From a virus: DNA of 64,000 nucleotides. Below, piece by piece: positions 35,310 through 45,969 of this stretch. Location: IMG/VR virus record IMGVR_UViG_3300009512_000010, positions 64,001-128,000 of that record; one strand, written 5' to 3'. Every line of letters starts with the position of its first letter. The stretch's first letter is position 1. The position numbers and the translations under genes are program-made. The notes under the pieces were generated by a model. That model saw only the letters and a list, made by a program, of their open reading frames with translations. It did not search any database and was not told the DNA's origin.

Positions 35310-36916
35310 GTTGTTAGCTCCTGTAGCTGTGTGTCTGATAATCTACGTGGGTAGTATTTGACTGACTTGATGTGTCCTAGTTGATCGCCAGCAAGTTGAT
35401 AGTCTACGTCAGTATAGCCGGCTACTGTGGCAGTATGTATGGTGGTATTAGAAAGAACCGAGTTTTGACCAATCGAACCACCATCTACACAAACAGATAT
35501 ATACTCGCCATTTTTAACCACAACCGCAATTTTAGATGTTTGGTTAGCTGTTATAGGGAAATTGGGACTAGAGGCACTATTCATAAACTGAGCAGTCATG
35601 GTACCCGAATATGTTGACCAAATGCTGAAATCATAACCAGCCCCATATCTAGTTAGTAGCACCTGATTAGTATCAACAGATGGAAATGTTGGGGTAAACT
35701 CAACTACCCAAGTAGAAGCCTCGTTGTTATGTCCAAAACTTGACCTTGGGATGATAGCATCATCTGCCGCCCTAGTAACGGTGACACTAAATCCTGTTGG
35801 GATGTAGGACGAAGGGAAAGCGCCAGCTTCGAATTGTGCGCCCCATAAGAACACACTATCTCCAATCGCATTAGTGACATTACTCCAAGGGTCGCCATTG
35901 CCCTCTGTTGGCTTTGGAGAGAACAACACACGATTCCAGCCAGTAGTTATGCCCCATGCTTGGCAAAGATACCAACCATTAGGGTAAGCGGTTATTTTGG
36001 TGTGACCAATAGTAGTGGACTTGTTCCCTGTAACGCCATTTGCAAGGTCAAAGTACGCCCAGCAATCCCCAGCTTGTCCGAAACCAAGCCAATCAACTGT
36101 GTCAGCTTTAGCGAAGACACTAACGCAACCACCAGTAGGCACATCTTCATTTGTAAAAGCTCCATTGTTTGCGGACGCATTCTTAGCGGCAATTCTGTCG
36201 GCTGTTAAATTGCCATCAGGTGCAACTGCTACATTACCTGTTGTTGTTACTGCATTATATGCCTTCCAGTACGAATTCGTGAAATCCTCAGAATACCTCG
36301 CAATGTTAGTCCGAGCTTCCTCAATCAGTAAACCTTTGACTGCACCAGTAGCATCGTACTCAATGCGAGGGATGTTATTTGCATGGTTCCAAAGTTGAAG
36401 TGTGCCATCAGCTTGATCGAAGAGGACTTCTTCAATGGATACGTTGTCAATAAACTTGTCAAAGCTATTAGAGATTACGTTATCAAAGGCCATATAGCCG
36501 TTTGCTGTTGGAGATATAAGAAGCTCGTTTGAGCCAGTGTTTATATAGCTTCCATTGTAGATAAATGTACCTGTTCCGTTATCATTACCCCAAATCCGAA
36601 GTTTCATGCTTGTGTTCACTGGAGTACCAACAGATGTTGAAGCATCAAATCTAACTCTATATGTTTTTCCTACCTTTACATAAGCTTTAGTAGATGAAAG
36701 GCTTTGGTTAGGTTCACTATTAGCCAGAAGTGCCGCTTTGCCATTGCTGTAAGTCCAACTACTCTCAGCGTTCCAACCAGATAAATCAGTATCAAACGTG
36801 CCATTCGTAACCAAATTGTTGCCATAGCTAATCTTGCGTAGTGCTGTACCCCCACTTGCACGGGAGAATGTAAGTATATCAGTTGCACTGTCGTATTGTT
36901 TAGTACCCATGATCAT
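35306..36916 (-). CDS. Putative virion fibre/head-spike protein with carbohydrate-binding-like modules
   Basis: TFSRAS, LVTNGTFDTDLSGW, GLLIEEARTN, WGAQFEAG...SYIPT...TRAAD, LamG-like C-terminus. Confidence 0.65.
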   Translation of the reverse strand: MIMGTKQYDSATDILTFSRASGGTALRKISYGNNLVTNGTFDTDLSGWNAESSWTYSNGKAALLANSEPNQSLSSTKAYVKVGKTYRVRFDASTSVGTPVNTSMKLRIWGNDNGTGTFIYNGSYINTGSNELLISPTANGYMAFDNVISNSFDKFIDNVSIEEVLFDQADGTLQLWNHANNIPRIEYDATGAVKGLLIEEARTNIARYSEDFTNSYWKAYNAVTTTGNVAVAPDGNLTADRIAAKNASANNGAFTNEDVPTGGCVSVFAKADTVDWLGFGQAGDCWAYFDLANGVTGNKSTTIGHTKITAYPNGWYLCQAWGITTGWNRVLFSPKPTEGNGDPWSNVTNAIGDSVFLWGAQFEAGAFPSSYIPTGFSVTVTRAADDAIIPRSSFGHNNEASTWVVEFTPTFPSVDTNQVLLTRYGAGYDFSIWSTYSGTMTAQFMNSASSPNFPITANQTSKIAVVVKNGEYISVCVDGGSIGQNSVLSNTTIHTATVAGYTDVDYQLAGDQLGHIKSVKYYPRRLSDTQLQELTT

Positions 36917-39432
36917 TCACTCCAATCTAGTACGGTAAAGCTGGTTTCACTGCCGTCGAAGGTCAGGCTCAGAGATGGTTCAGTTGATGGTAGAGTTGCT
37001 TCAACTATACCTGCGTCTGTTAAGTCTTCATTCCACACTCTGAATTGAGCTATTGTACCCATGAAGTCATAGCCTAAGTTTAGGTCTGTGGTTGACAGAT
37101 CAGGTAAAGCTACAGGTGTTGTGTTGGCTGTTAGTGCTGTACCATCGGTAGCTCCGTTGATAAACGTAGAGCCTTGGCGAGAACTCAGGTTAAACGGAAC
37201 AAGAATGCCTTCATTGTATACAACTCCAGTAGCAATAGTGTCATTAACACCACCCGCAACCTGTTGAAACAAAACTCTAAGACCATCGCCTGTATTAGTC
37301 CCACCTACTATTGAGATATTGTCACTACCATTTGCTCTCCAACGCATAAATTGGTGAGCACTAAACTCATCCTGATCAGCATAAGTTATCTTACCGTCCA
37401 TCTGTATTGACACAGAGAGAGGGTTGATTTCTTTTACTGAGATGTTGTCGAAAGCTGATACGTTACCTCCATTACCCATTACGATTGCGGAAATATAAGA
37501 CGTTGTTGCTGTTGCCTTAAAAGTAAGACCTAACGGCGCATCAGTGGCAGTATAGTTTATGATACCACCCTTAATCGTACCGCCACCACTATTTGTAAGG
37601 TAAAGTGTCGCCCCTGGTCCACCATTACCAGATATGGCTCGACCAACGCCACTGACCTGATAAAACCTTCCAACGATAGTGGGAACACCTGTTACAACTC
37701 TACCATTGGCTGGCCCAGCAGTGAGATGCATTTCACCACTAACAGCGGCAGAGGTTGCGGAGGAGCTACCAGCCACCCAACCAGATACATCCGTATCAAA
37801 TGTACCATTAGTAACCAACTCAGTGCCTGTAGTCTCAACAGGAGTAGGATAAGTCAGGTTAGCGGCAGGGACTGTTAGTGTCTCAGCCGCCCTAGTAACG
37901 GCGACATTATCTGCCGAGATGTAGCTTGATGGGGTTGCGCCTTCTTCCATTTGTGCGCCATAAACAAAGATAGTACCAGCCTGTGTTGCTAAAATTCTAG
38001 CTCTAACTTGGTCAGGTGTTCCCGAAGCGAGAGTCGACGTAACGGTAAACCGTTGCCATTCATTAGTAAGGGTATGAGTTACTGCGGTGTAACCAAGTCC
38101 ACCACCACTAAATAGCAGAACAGTGCTTACTTCACTAGCAGTCCCTGCCTTTATCCAGACAGAGAACGTATAGGTCTGACCAACACTAGGAACATGACCA
38201 GATATCTTTCTAGTGTAGCCATTAGAAGCCATGTCAAACTTTGTAGCATTTGTTGTGCCATCAGGGGAAATTGCAGAGTTTGGGGTAACAGTGATGTTTG
38301 ATGGAAGCCATTTAAGATATGCCACATTACCAAAGTCGTTAGAGTATGTGCATATGTTAGTCCGAGCTTCACTCTCGTGGAGGATGCCTTCGTTAACCCA
38401 AGCATCACCATTGTAGATGTGATGACCACGACGAGAAAGGTAGGCAGGAGTAGTTGTCGTTGGAACGTAGCTGTCACCACGGTCAGGGTTGTTTACCATG
38501 CCACCGAGGTCACTGCGGAATGTGTGTGCGCCCCAGACATAGATGCCCGAAGTTCCATCTCCTACAAGTGCAGGGCTTGGGTTAACAGGATTACCAGACT
38601 GGTTAAAAGGCATGATAGCCGCCCAAGGAGATGAGCCTGTCTGTGTTGTAATATCAACAGCGCACAAATACCATCCGTCTCCAACAGAAGTAATAGTGGG
38701 ATTACCAACATAACCAACAGTACCGTATTGTACCCCACCAGCGAGTGTTCCTGATGTTAAGTTGAAAGTAGCAACTGACCAGTAACCTGAACCATTTGTA
38801 ACAGCTAATGCAACATGGTCCCATTCTGCGGCTTTAGCATAAACAGCTATTGTTCTTCCCGCTACTGCCACACTCTGTTGAGACCTACCCCTTGTATCTC
38901 CAGAACCTTCGATTATCTTATCGGCAGTTAATGTACCATCTGGTGCAGTAGTAGCGTTTGCAACAGATGTTAAGTTCGTTACCCAATTTGAATTAGTGAA
39001 GTCTTGACTATAGGTCATCAAGTTATGCGGACGCCACTTCAGCAAGCCATCACTGTCTGTCATGGTCGCATTAGAGGAAGCTGAGTGAGTTATAGATGCA
39101 TCAAAGGTACTAGCAGTGCCATTCGTGTCAAAGACACTCTCCTTGAAGTCGAGAATGAGCTTTGGTTCAAGAGCAAGTACTCCATACGAAGACACCGACG
39201 ATCTCAAATCCCAATAGGATTTACTGATCTCGCCATGAACATGGGGATCATTAGGATCAGCTTCATTACTTCCTACTCTGTGACAGCGCACATAGGTTGA
39301 TTGACCGTGCTCAGTTCTTATACCATTTTCTGATTTCTGCCATAGCGCACGTAGGGGGTGCCCGACACCTGGATCAGGAGGGGATTGGTCGTACTGATAC
39401 TGAGAGTTTCCTGGTATATGCCTAAATGCCAT
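36913..39432 (-). CDS. Putative virion fibre/head-spike protein
   Basis: GILHESEARTN, YGAQMEEG...SYI...TRAAE, LVTNGTFDTDVSGW; modules shared with 35306..36916. Confidence 0.65.
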   Translation of the reverse strand: MAFRHIPGNSQYQYDQSPPDPGVGHPLRALWQKSENGIRTEHGQSTYVRCHRVGSNEADPNDPHVHGEISKSYWDLRSSVSSYGVLALEPKLILDFKESVFDTNGTASTFDASITHSASSNATMTDSDGLLKWRPHNLMTYSQDFTNSNWVTNLTSVANATTAPDGTLTADKIIEGSGDTRGRSQQSVAVAGRTIAVYAKAAEWDHVALAVTNGSGYWSVATFNLTSGTLAGGVQYGTVGYVGNPTITSVGDGWYLCAVDITTQTGSSPWAAIMPFNQSGNPVNPSPALVGDGTSGIYVWGAHTFRSDLGGMVNNPDRGDSYVPTTTTPAYLSRRGHHIYNGDAWVNEGILHESEARTNICTYSNDFGNVAYLKWLPSNITVTPNSAISPDGTTNATKFDMASNGYTRKISGHVPSVGQTYTFSVWIKAGTASEVSTVLLFSGGGLGYTAVTHTLTNEWQRFTVTSTLASGTPDQVRARILATQAGTIFVYGAQMEEGATPSSYISADNVAVTRAAETLTVPAANLTYPTPVETTGTELVTNGTFDTDVSGWVAGSSSATSAAVSGEMHLTAGPANGRVVTGVPTIVGRFYQVSGVGRAISGNGGPGATLYLTNSGGGTIKGGIINYTATDAPLGLTFKATATTSYISAIVMGNGGNVSAFDNISVKEINPLSVSIQMDGKITYADQDEFSAHQFMRWRANGSDNISIVGGTNTGDGLRVLFQQVAGGVNDTIATGVVYNEGILVPFNLSSRQGSTFINGATDGTALTANTTPVALPDLSTTDLNLGYDFMGTIAQFRVWNEDLTDAGIVEATLPSTEPSLSLTFDGSETSFTVLDWSE

Positions 39433-39434
39433 TG

Positions 39435-39647
39435 TTAAGCCTTATATTGCTTGACGAATTCCGCCCCAGCCTTTTTTGCTGTGTTTAAGTCACGGAATGT
39501 GTCCAACTTGTCGTTGTCAACGTAGGTAACAAACTTGTTTTTTATCTTGTGAACCATTACACTAATACCAGAAATTTTGGTATCGAAGACATGTTCGCCC
39601 GGAGGCATCTTCTTTTTAGCTTCACGTATCTCTGAGAACTTCTTCAT
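39435..39647 (-). CDS. Small basic prohead/internal protein
   Basis: MKKFSEIRE N-terminus resembles T4 capsid-targeting leaders; late promoter upstream. Confidence 0.55.
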   Translation of the reverse strand: MKKFSEIREAKKKMPPGEHVFDTKISGISVMVHKIKNKFVTYVDNDKLDTFRDLNTAKKAGAEFVKQYKA

Positions 39648-39672
39648 TGATGTTACCTTTTGTTTCAGCTAT

Positions 39673-39680
39673 TATTTATA
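39673..39680 (-). promoter_or_regulatory. T4 late promoter
   Basis: TATAAATA. Confidence 0.75.
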
Positions 39681-39696
39681 ACAATTAGCCTTGCTA

Positions 39697-39930
39697 TTAT
39701 GCGGCAGTTTCTTCTACTTCTGGTACATCAATTTCGACCTCAGTAGCGTCATTATCAACTACAGCATCTTCACCACCATTGTGGATGATATTAGCAACCG
39801 CAATCTTCTCAGCATCTAATGCGTCACCAATCTTTGCGGTCATCATATCTTGGAACGTTGGTTCCGCTTTCGCAAAGTCTTTGACTGCTACTTGATCAAT
39901 GAAGTTTGTTAGTGTATCGTTCATTTCCAT
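39697..39930 (-). CDS. Small acidic prohead core protein (gp67-like)
   Basis: Follows gp20, acidic; synteny. Confidence 0.6.
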   Translation of the reverse strand: MEMNDTLTNFIDQVAVKDFAKAEPTFQDMMTAKIGDALDAEKIAVANIIHNGGEDAVVDNDATEVEIDVPEVEETAA

Positions 39931-41588
39931 TATTTATCATCTTTCTTTTGTTTAGGATCCTTGGGATCTTTCTTAGGCTTGTCAGTGTCTACCCTTGGTT
40001 TCTCTTCGGGTTCGTCTGGCACTACCTTGACTTCAACTGGTGCAGGTTTGGGTTCGTTATACTCTTCATCCCCACCTTCATCTGGCATAGTCTCGCCATC
40101 AGCTTCTTCCTGCTTCATTTGTTTCTTCATCTCTTCCATCTCTTCATCAGATAGGTTCAAGACGTTCTTAAATACCCATTCCTTAGAATAGAACTCGCCA
40201 ACGTACTGTTGTGTCATATCTAGGGTCTGTAGTCTTTCTCTGACCAATTCTGCATTGCGAAGTTCTGCAAAATGGTTATCAGACACATAGTCAACAACCA
40301 TCTCGTTACGCCATGCTTCCCAATCTTCATTAGTAATAGTTCCTTTCAGAACAAGTTGCTTTCTAAGGATCTCTAGGAATAGTCCAGAGAAGCGGCGACG
40401 AAGTCTATCGACGAACTTCTGAAATTTAAGTTCGTCACGGTTGATCTCTGTGGATCTACCTAATAGCCCACTCTGTTGCTCTCCCTCTAGTCTTGAGGCA
40501 GGGACATTCAATGATCTATATAGACGTTTCTGGAAGTAGATAATATCGTCAATCTGTCCAAGGTTCTCTCCACCCGGAAGTGTAGAGATTTCTGTACCAC
40601 GACCACCTTCACGTCTTGGTAGCCAAAAGTCTTCCAACATAGACATGTGCTTGCGGTCATCTTTAAGCTTACCTGTATTAGCATCGTATACCAACTTATT
40701 GCGGTACTTAGTCATAATGCCCTTCATGTACTCTTCTGACTTACCACGTGGCATGTTGCCTACGTCAATGTAGAAGATCCTACGTTCTGGTGCACGTGCT
40801 AAACGATAGATGACCAAACTGTCTTCCATCATACGCAATTGGTTAATTGGTTTTAGAGCTTTATGTAGATATGAAACAACCTTCTTACGGCTCTCATCTA
40901 ATAGACCAGATGTCACATAACTCACACTGTCTGGTGTTAACTTAATACCGTTGACTGTTTCTCCAGGTTTATCCTGATAGATGAAGTGTTCGTCAACTTT
41001 CTCGACGATCTTTGCACCTGTTAGTGGATCTTTCTTAGTCCTTACTTCCTTAACCTTACGGATCTTGGTAGCATCGATAGCACGTACTTCTTGAATACCT
41101 GCTTTTAGATTTGATTCATTTACAACTAGGTGGTGATACATCCGCCCATCGATATAAAAGCGTCTGAAGATGTCATGTCCAAGATCGTTGAACTTAAGCA
41201 TAACCAATACGTTATCAAACTCTAGTTGGATCTCTTTCTTAATTTTATCTGAAGCTTCGACATCATCAAGAACAAGCTTGACTGATAGTCCCTTATCCTC
41301 AATGGTAACTGCTTCGTTTACAATATCTTCGATAGCCGCATCGACTTCGGGATGCATAGCAACCCCACGATACTGCCTAATTAGTTCTACGTTGTCTTTG
41401 GATTCATCACCGTCTAGGTTTACATATTGACCGAAGTGAGAACCAGATGCAGTAACGTATCCTGCTCCATCATCATCCGTTGGTGGTACAATGGAATCAA
41501 GTTGATTCTTAGCCGCCGCTTTACGTGCGCCAGCTCTACGAATCTCGAAGCCGAATAATTTAATGCCTTGATTACTGTTGTCTGCCAT
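39930..41588 (-). CDS. 20: Portal protein gp20
   Basis: HPEVDAAIEDIVNE, YRLARAPERRIFYIDVGN, EDFWLPRREGGRGTEISTLPGG. Confidence 0.97.
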   Translation of the reverse strand: MADNSNQGIKLFGFEIRRAGARKAAAKNQLDSIVPPTDDDGAGYVTASGSHFGQYVNLDGDESKDNVELIRQYRGVAMHPEVDAAIEDIVNEAVTIEDKGLSVKLVLDDVEASDKIKKEIQLEFDNVLVMLKFNDLGHDIFRRFYIDGRMYHHLVVNESNLKAGIQEVRAIDATKIRKVKEVRTKKDPLTGAKIVEKVDEHFIYQDKPGETVNGIKLTPDSVSYVTSGLLDESRKKVVSYLHKALKPINQLRMMEDSLVIYRLARAPERRIFYIDVGNMPRGKSEEYMKGIMTKYRNKLVYDANTGKLKDDRKHMSMLEDFWLPRREGGRGTEISTLPGGENLGQIDDIIYFQKRLYRSLNVPASRLEGEQQSGLLGRSTEINRDELKFQKFVDRLRRRFSGLFLEILRKQLVLKGTITNEDWEAWRNEMVVDYVSDNHFAELRNAELVRERLQTLDMTQQYVGEFYSKEWVFKNVLNLSDEEMEEMKKQMKQEEADGETMPDEGGDEEYNEPKPAPVEVKVVPDEPEEKPRVDTDKPKKDPKDPKQKKDDK

Positions 41589-41607
41589 AGTTTCTTTCCA
41601 TTTAAAA

Positions 41608-41637
41608 GTAAGGTAGAGGAGTTTCCCCCTCTACCTT
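41608..41637 (-). terminator. Hairpin/terminator after gp19
   Basis: AAGGTAGAGG-loop-CCTCTACCTT. Confidence 0.65.
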
Positions 41638-41639
41638 GT

Positions 41640-41647
41640 TATTTATA
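41640..41647 (-). promoter_or_regulatory. T4 late promoter upstream of gp20
   Basis: TATAAATA. Confidence 0.7.
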
Positions 41648-41653
41648 CTACTA

Positions 41654-42181
41654 TTAAGTAGTGGTATTTGATTCCCAGTATTGGATTTGGAATTCAACAG
41701 GGAACTCCTCAATCGCACCAGTTGTATCATAATTCAGATCAATAGCACCTACATTGGTTGGGAAACAACCACGGAAAGTGTATGATTTGAGTACTGTTTC
41801 GTCACGATCCAATTGCTCAACAATAAGATCAGACTGATAGTCAGCAGGGTTAACAATACCAGTGTTAGTTGTGTGACCGTTAATACCGTTCATCCAACGT
41901 TCCATACTGTCACGAACACCGAAGTCCGTATCGTTAATGATTGTTACAGTCCATGGTTCAAATGTTCTGTCGCCAGCAATTTGCAATTGTCTACCTCTGA
42001 ATGATACAGGGATAGGTGCAATCACAGATGCAGGTAACTGAGCACCCTTACACATGAATGATGTTTGTTCGACGTTGCCACCAGCATAAGCAGGGAAGTT
42101 GACTGTTACCTTAAATAGGTTAGGTCTAGCTCCACCACCAGCGAGTTTGGCTTTAAAATCGTCTACTCCAAGAATAGCCAT
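41654..42181 (-). CDS. 19: Tail tube protein gp19
   Basis: GGARPNLF, AGDRTFEPWTVT, FPTNVGAIDL. Confidence 0.95.
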   Translation of the reverse strand: MAILGVDDFKAKLAGGGARPNLFKVTVNFPAYAGGNVEQTSFMCKGAQLPASVIAPIPVSFRGRQLQIAGDRTFEPWTVTIINDTDFGVRDSMERWMNGINGHTTNTGIVNPADYQSDLIVEQLDRDETVLKSYTFRGCFPTNVGAIDLNYDTTGAIEEFPVEFQIQYWESNTTT

Positions 42182-42204
42182 TTAAATGTTCCTTTCTACT
42201 CTAC

Positions 42205-43932
42205 TTATACCGTGCCTACAACTTCTTCAAACTCTACGCCGCTACGTACTGCAACGAAGTTAAGGGTGATGAAGTTGATGGAACGTGCTGGTTTGATGAA
42301 AATGTTAGCGATAAATTCGTTACGATCAATAACAGACGATGTGTTATTTGTTTCGTCACAAACTACCTTAAAGTCTGTAATGCCACGGCGACCTTTGATT
42401 TCTCTTAGGACTGGCTCTACGATGTTAACAAATTCTGCACGAGTGAACTCATCATTAAGTTCAAACATTACGTTTTTAGCCGCTTCGCCAATGGCTCTCT
42501 CAACTACGAGGAACAATCTGCGAACATTGATACGATCAAATGCGGATGGTCTACTCATGTGTGTCTTATCACCAAAGAGTAAAACACCTTGACCTGGAAT
42601 ATTGCCAACAGGGTTAATGCCTGCTTTATACAATGTATCACGTTGCGTTTTAGTTGGATTGTAAACAGTAGATGTAACACCTAAGTATTGACCACGTCTT
42701 CCACCAGCTGGTGAGATCCATGGTGCACCGTTTGCATCAGATGCAGACATAATGCCCGCTGTAGATGAAGCGGCAGGGATGCTAACATACTTATCGTTGT
42801 ACTTGTCATACACTTTCAGCCAGTTACAATCGACAAACAATGTGCTGTCGTATGTAAATGTGTCGGCTGTAGCAGTAACATTTGTTGTGATTGTAGTTGA
42901 GTTGTTTACGCCAATGATGTCACTACTAGCAGGACCTGCAACCACTACGCAATCTTTACGTAATTTTGCTGTTGCAACAAGATCGTTAACGACTGTTGTT
43001 TGGTCTGCACGACTTGTCATACCCGGAGCAATCAAGAAGTCTACTGTAACCGTATCAACGTCTTCGTATAGATCGAAGCTTGATGTGATATCTCCAGCAG
43101 TGAAGCCACTTGATGTTACGCCACCTGATAGGTTATATGTCTTAACAGCAGGTGCTGATAGGATGAAATCTTCTCCACTATCTGCTAGTGTGCCTGCACC
43201 TACATCTGTAAATGCTGTTTCAAATCCAGCCATCCAAACATAGTTTGAACCTGTGTTGACGATGTCTTTAACGTAGTTGGTTGAGCCATCTGCGTTCTTA
43301 GCACCAAGTGCCAAAGATACGAATGGGTAAGTTTCAAGAACTGCACCCTTTGATCCAAAGTTACCATCTTTATCGATAACCGCAATGTGAACCTCATCGT
43401 TCAAAGCGTTTTTGTCTGCCGCATGTGCGGATGTTCCGGGTTGACCATCAAAGCTAGGTTTATAAGCCCAATTTGTGAATGATGCTGTGTGTGCAGGACA
43501 TACTTGAATTTCTAATGCATCCCCAAGCTCACCTGGGTATTTTGCAATGAATGTGTGACCGTCTGAGTCACGGCTTGCGATTTGGGTGTCCCAATCGTCT
43601 GCGTTTTTGATTACTGGGTTGTCTGTAGTGGCGTTAACATTATCGTGTGCATTTCTTGCATTTGATGTGATAGAACGTGTTACAAACAAGTCTGAGCTAT
43701 AACGTAAGTAGTATGCCGCAGTGTGAAAGTCTGAACTGAAAGCATCGTTAGGTGTGCCAAATGTAGCCGCAAGTTCGGTCTCGTTAGAGATACGCTGTCT
43801 TGTTTCTACTGGACCCCAACGGAAGCCGCCAACTATTGCACCAGTTGTAGATTGTACGTTAGGCACTGTGCCTGACAGATCTACTTCTTTGATAACAATC
43901 GCTGGACTTTGGGATGGTGTTCCAATTGCCAT
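42205..43932 (-). CDS. 18: Tail sheath protein gp18
   Basis: KEVDLS, FRWGP, PWISPAG, DRINVRRLF, IKPARSINFI. Confidence 0.96.
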   Translation of the reverse strand: MAIGTPSQSPAIVIKEVDLSGTVPNVQSTTGAIVGGFRWGPVETRQRISNETELAATFGTPNDAFSSDFHTAAYYLRYSSDLFVTRSITSNARNAHDNVNATTDNPVIKNADDWDTQIASRDSDGHTFIAKYPGELGDALEIQVCPAHTASFTNWAYKPSFDGQPGTSAHAADKNALNDEVHIAVIDKDGNFGSKGAVLETYPFVSLALGAKNADGSTNYVKDIVNTGSNYVWMAGFETAFTDVGAGTLADSGEDFILSAPAVKTYNLSGGVTSSGFTAGDITSSFDLYEDVDTVTVDFLIAPGMTSRADQTTVVNDLVATAKLRKDCVVVAGPASSDIIGVNNSTTITTNVTATADTFTYDSTLFVDCNWLKVYDKYNDKYVSIPAASSTAGIMSASDANGAPWISPAGGRRGQYLGVTSTVYNPTKTQRDTLYKAGINPVGNIPGQGVLLFGDKTHMSRPSAFDRINVRRLFLVVERAIGEAAKNVMFELNDEFTRAEFVNIVEPVLREIKGRRGITDFKVVCDETNNTSSVIDRNEFIANIFIKPARSINFITLNFVAVRSGVEFEEVVGTV

Positions 43933-43995
43933 GGTTATTTTCCTTTTGAAATGATAAGTAATACATAATGCGGTGGGATTTCAAGGTTACGCTGT

Positions 43996-44003
43996 TATTT
44001 ATA
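43996..44003 (-). promoter_or_regulatory. T4 late promoter upstream of gp18
   Basis: TATAAATA. Confidence 0.75.
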
Positions 44004-44015
44004 AGAAAACTATTC

Positions 44016-45632
44016 CTAGCTTAAGTCCCACTTATCACTTACCGTTATCCCCCAACCGAATCTTTCGTGATCTACTGGTGGTGGTTGATCCCCCACACCA
44101 TCATCCACAAACCCAAATGGTAAAACGTCCGCTTCAATATCAGCCATTCGTTGTTGAAACAACATGTCTTTGAGATTGATATCCGTCATATCACCAAAGA
44201 ATGCACTAGAAGCAAAATATCCAAACATAACAAAGTTCATCACAAGATCGTCATGGTTGCCGTTAGATGCTTCAAAAGAGTTGCCTCTAGCCTCAAATGT
44301 GGAGATCTCAATGATGGTCTGTTCGTCCACAATATCGAGTTTGTGGTTCTCAAGGATGTCTTTAAAACCAGAACAACCAATACGTTTAATCTTTCTGTTC
44401 ATCTCAATGCCGATACCACTACTCTTTGTAGCACTTTCGACGTGCATATTCTCATACTCTAGATCTTGGTATAACCCTTGACACACCAAAGACCCCTGAT
44501 CATTACTCTCTACTATCACGTATGCGTTGTTATATGCTGTGGCGAACTTAAAGATAATGTCTGGAAACAGAATAGGTGAGATCCTATTATTTCTATAGAC
44601 AGCCACTTGTCTGAATGGTACTGTACTAATATCGATCATATTGAATGTCGAGTAGTCTTGACCTCTGCCTTTAGCCACGTCAACACAACAAATGTATTCG
44701 TGGTTCTTTACTGTTTCTTCATAGATTAGACAATCCCCATTAACTCTAATGGGGTTCTTGGCTCTCAACTTCATCAGTGTTTCAGCATCGATTAATGTAT
44801 CACCTGTACCAAAGAACGTATTACCGTACTCTTGGTCAAACTGTAATTGGCTTGTGTTGTTGATCGTCTCTTGTTTCCACGCATCATCACGACCCGGAAC
44901 ATCCCACCAATCAACTCTGAACGGTATGAATGTATTGGTTTGTTGTTGAGCACCTTCCCAAATCTTATGGAATACATTACCAATGCCGTTAGCAGTGGAT
45001 GTAATGATAACCTTGGTGTCCTTACCAGATGACACAACAGGATATGTTGATGTGTAGAATTGAGCATCGTTCTCAACGAATGCAAACTCGTCAAGGAACA
45101 GTAGGTTGATAGATAGACCACGAATAGAAGATCCGCTTGTAGCAGACGCAAGGATCTTAGAGTTGTTACTGAATTCTATTGAACCTTTGTTAAGTGCTTT
45201 AGTTCCTGGTTGTAGGAAGTATGGTAGGTTCTCTAACATAAGAGTAACACGTGCCAACATCTCCCTAGCAGTAGCACCTTTGTTTGCTAGGATAGCAACG
45301 TTCTTCTCTGTGTGGAAGATAGCATACCATAGAATGTACGCAACGGATGAGATAGATTTACCAGATTGCCGACAGGCCAACACAATAGAGAAACGATTAT
45401 TGTTGAAGTGGTCAAACATCGTCTCTTGATATGGATACAGATCGAAGTTAACTAAGCCTCTGTCAAGGTGAATAACCTTACAGTAGTTCTTAGCAAAATA
45501 CTTAGGATCTTCCATACACTTTTTGTACTCAAGGATCGTTTCCTGAGACCATGGAGCTATTACCCCATCCTTCTTGACGTTATTATTGCCAAGGTAGCCT
45601 TGTTCTTTATTCACCATCAGGCGTAATGTCAA
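44016..45632 (-). CDS. 17: Terminase large subunit gp17
   Basis: YLGN, RQSGKS, LDEFAF, ITSTANG, DVAKGRGQDYS, HDDLVM. Confidence 0.96.
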   Translation of the reverse strand: MTLRLMVNKEQGYLGNNNVKKDGVIAPWSQETILEYKKCMEDPKYFAKNYCKVIHLDRGLVNFDLYPYQETMFDHFNNNRFSIVLACRQSGKSISSVAYILWYAIFHTEKNVAILANKGATAREMLARVTLMLENLPYFLQPGTKALNKGSIEFSNNSKILASATSGSSIRGLSINLLFLDEFAFVENDAQFYTSTYPVVSSGKDTKVIITSTANGIGNVFHKIWEGAQQQTNTFIPFRVDWWDVPGRDDAWKQETINNTSQLQFDQEYGNTFFGTGDTLIDAETLMKLRAKNPIRVNGDCLIYEETVKNHEYICCVDVAKGRGQDYSTFNMIDISTVPFRQVAVYRNNRISPILFPDIIFKFATAYNNAYVIVESNDQGSLVCQGLYQDLEYENMHVESATKSSGIGIEMNRKIKRIGCSGFKDILENHKLDIVDEQTIIEISTFEARGNSFEASNGNHDDLVMNFVMFGYFASSAFFGDMTDINLKDMLFQQRMADIEADVLPFGFVDDGVGDQPPPVDHERFGWGITVSDKWDLS

Positions 45633-45969
45633 TCACTTCTGTGGGTAATTCTTTGACATCCTGTAACATACGTTGAAGATCTGTACTAGATCCGATAAAG
45701 ACATTGTTATTGGTTGTTCCAGCACTTTCAATAGCTGGAGCATCACTCTTCTGAATATCTTTATTCTTCTTATTAAGATCCATAAGCTTGTCGTTAACAT
45801 CAGCAACGTTCTTGATCATACCAGACAACACCTCATAGGCACGTGGATGTTCACTTTCTCGTGCAACTTCCATCATCATGCTTAAGGCATCTTGTCCCTT
45901 TTCGATCAGATCGTAATATGTCTCTCGTGACTTATCATAATCACTCTTGATATTAGTCTCATCCGTCAT
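45607..45969 (-). CDS. 16: Terminase small subunit gp16
   Basis: ESEHPRAYEV, NNVFIGSSTDLQRML. Confidence 0.92.
   Translation of the reverse strand: MTDETNIKSDYDKSRETYYDLIEKGQDALSMMMEVARESEHPRAYEVLSGMIKNVADVNDKLMDLNKKNKDIQKSDAPAIESAGTTNNNVFIGSSTDLQRMLQDVKELPTEVIDITPDGE

Noticed and set aside
35306-39432. Diversity-generating retroelement acting on the fibre genes
   Set aside because: No reverse transcriptase in the window, and the shared patches are short, without an adenine-specific TR/VR pattern
7737-45632. Introns, inteins or homing endonucleases in core genes (gp41, gp43, gp46, gp17, gp20)
   Set aside because: All are of normal length and continuous; no LAGLIDADG, HNH, GIY-YIG or intein motifs noticed
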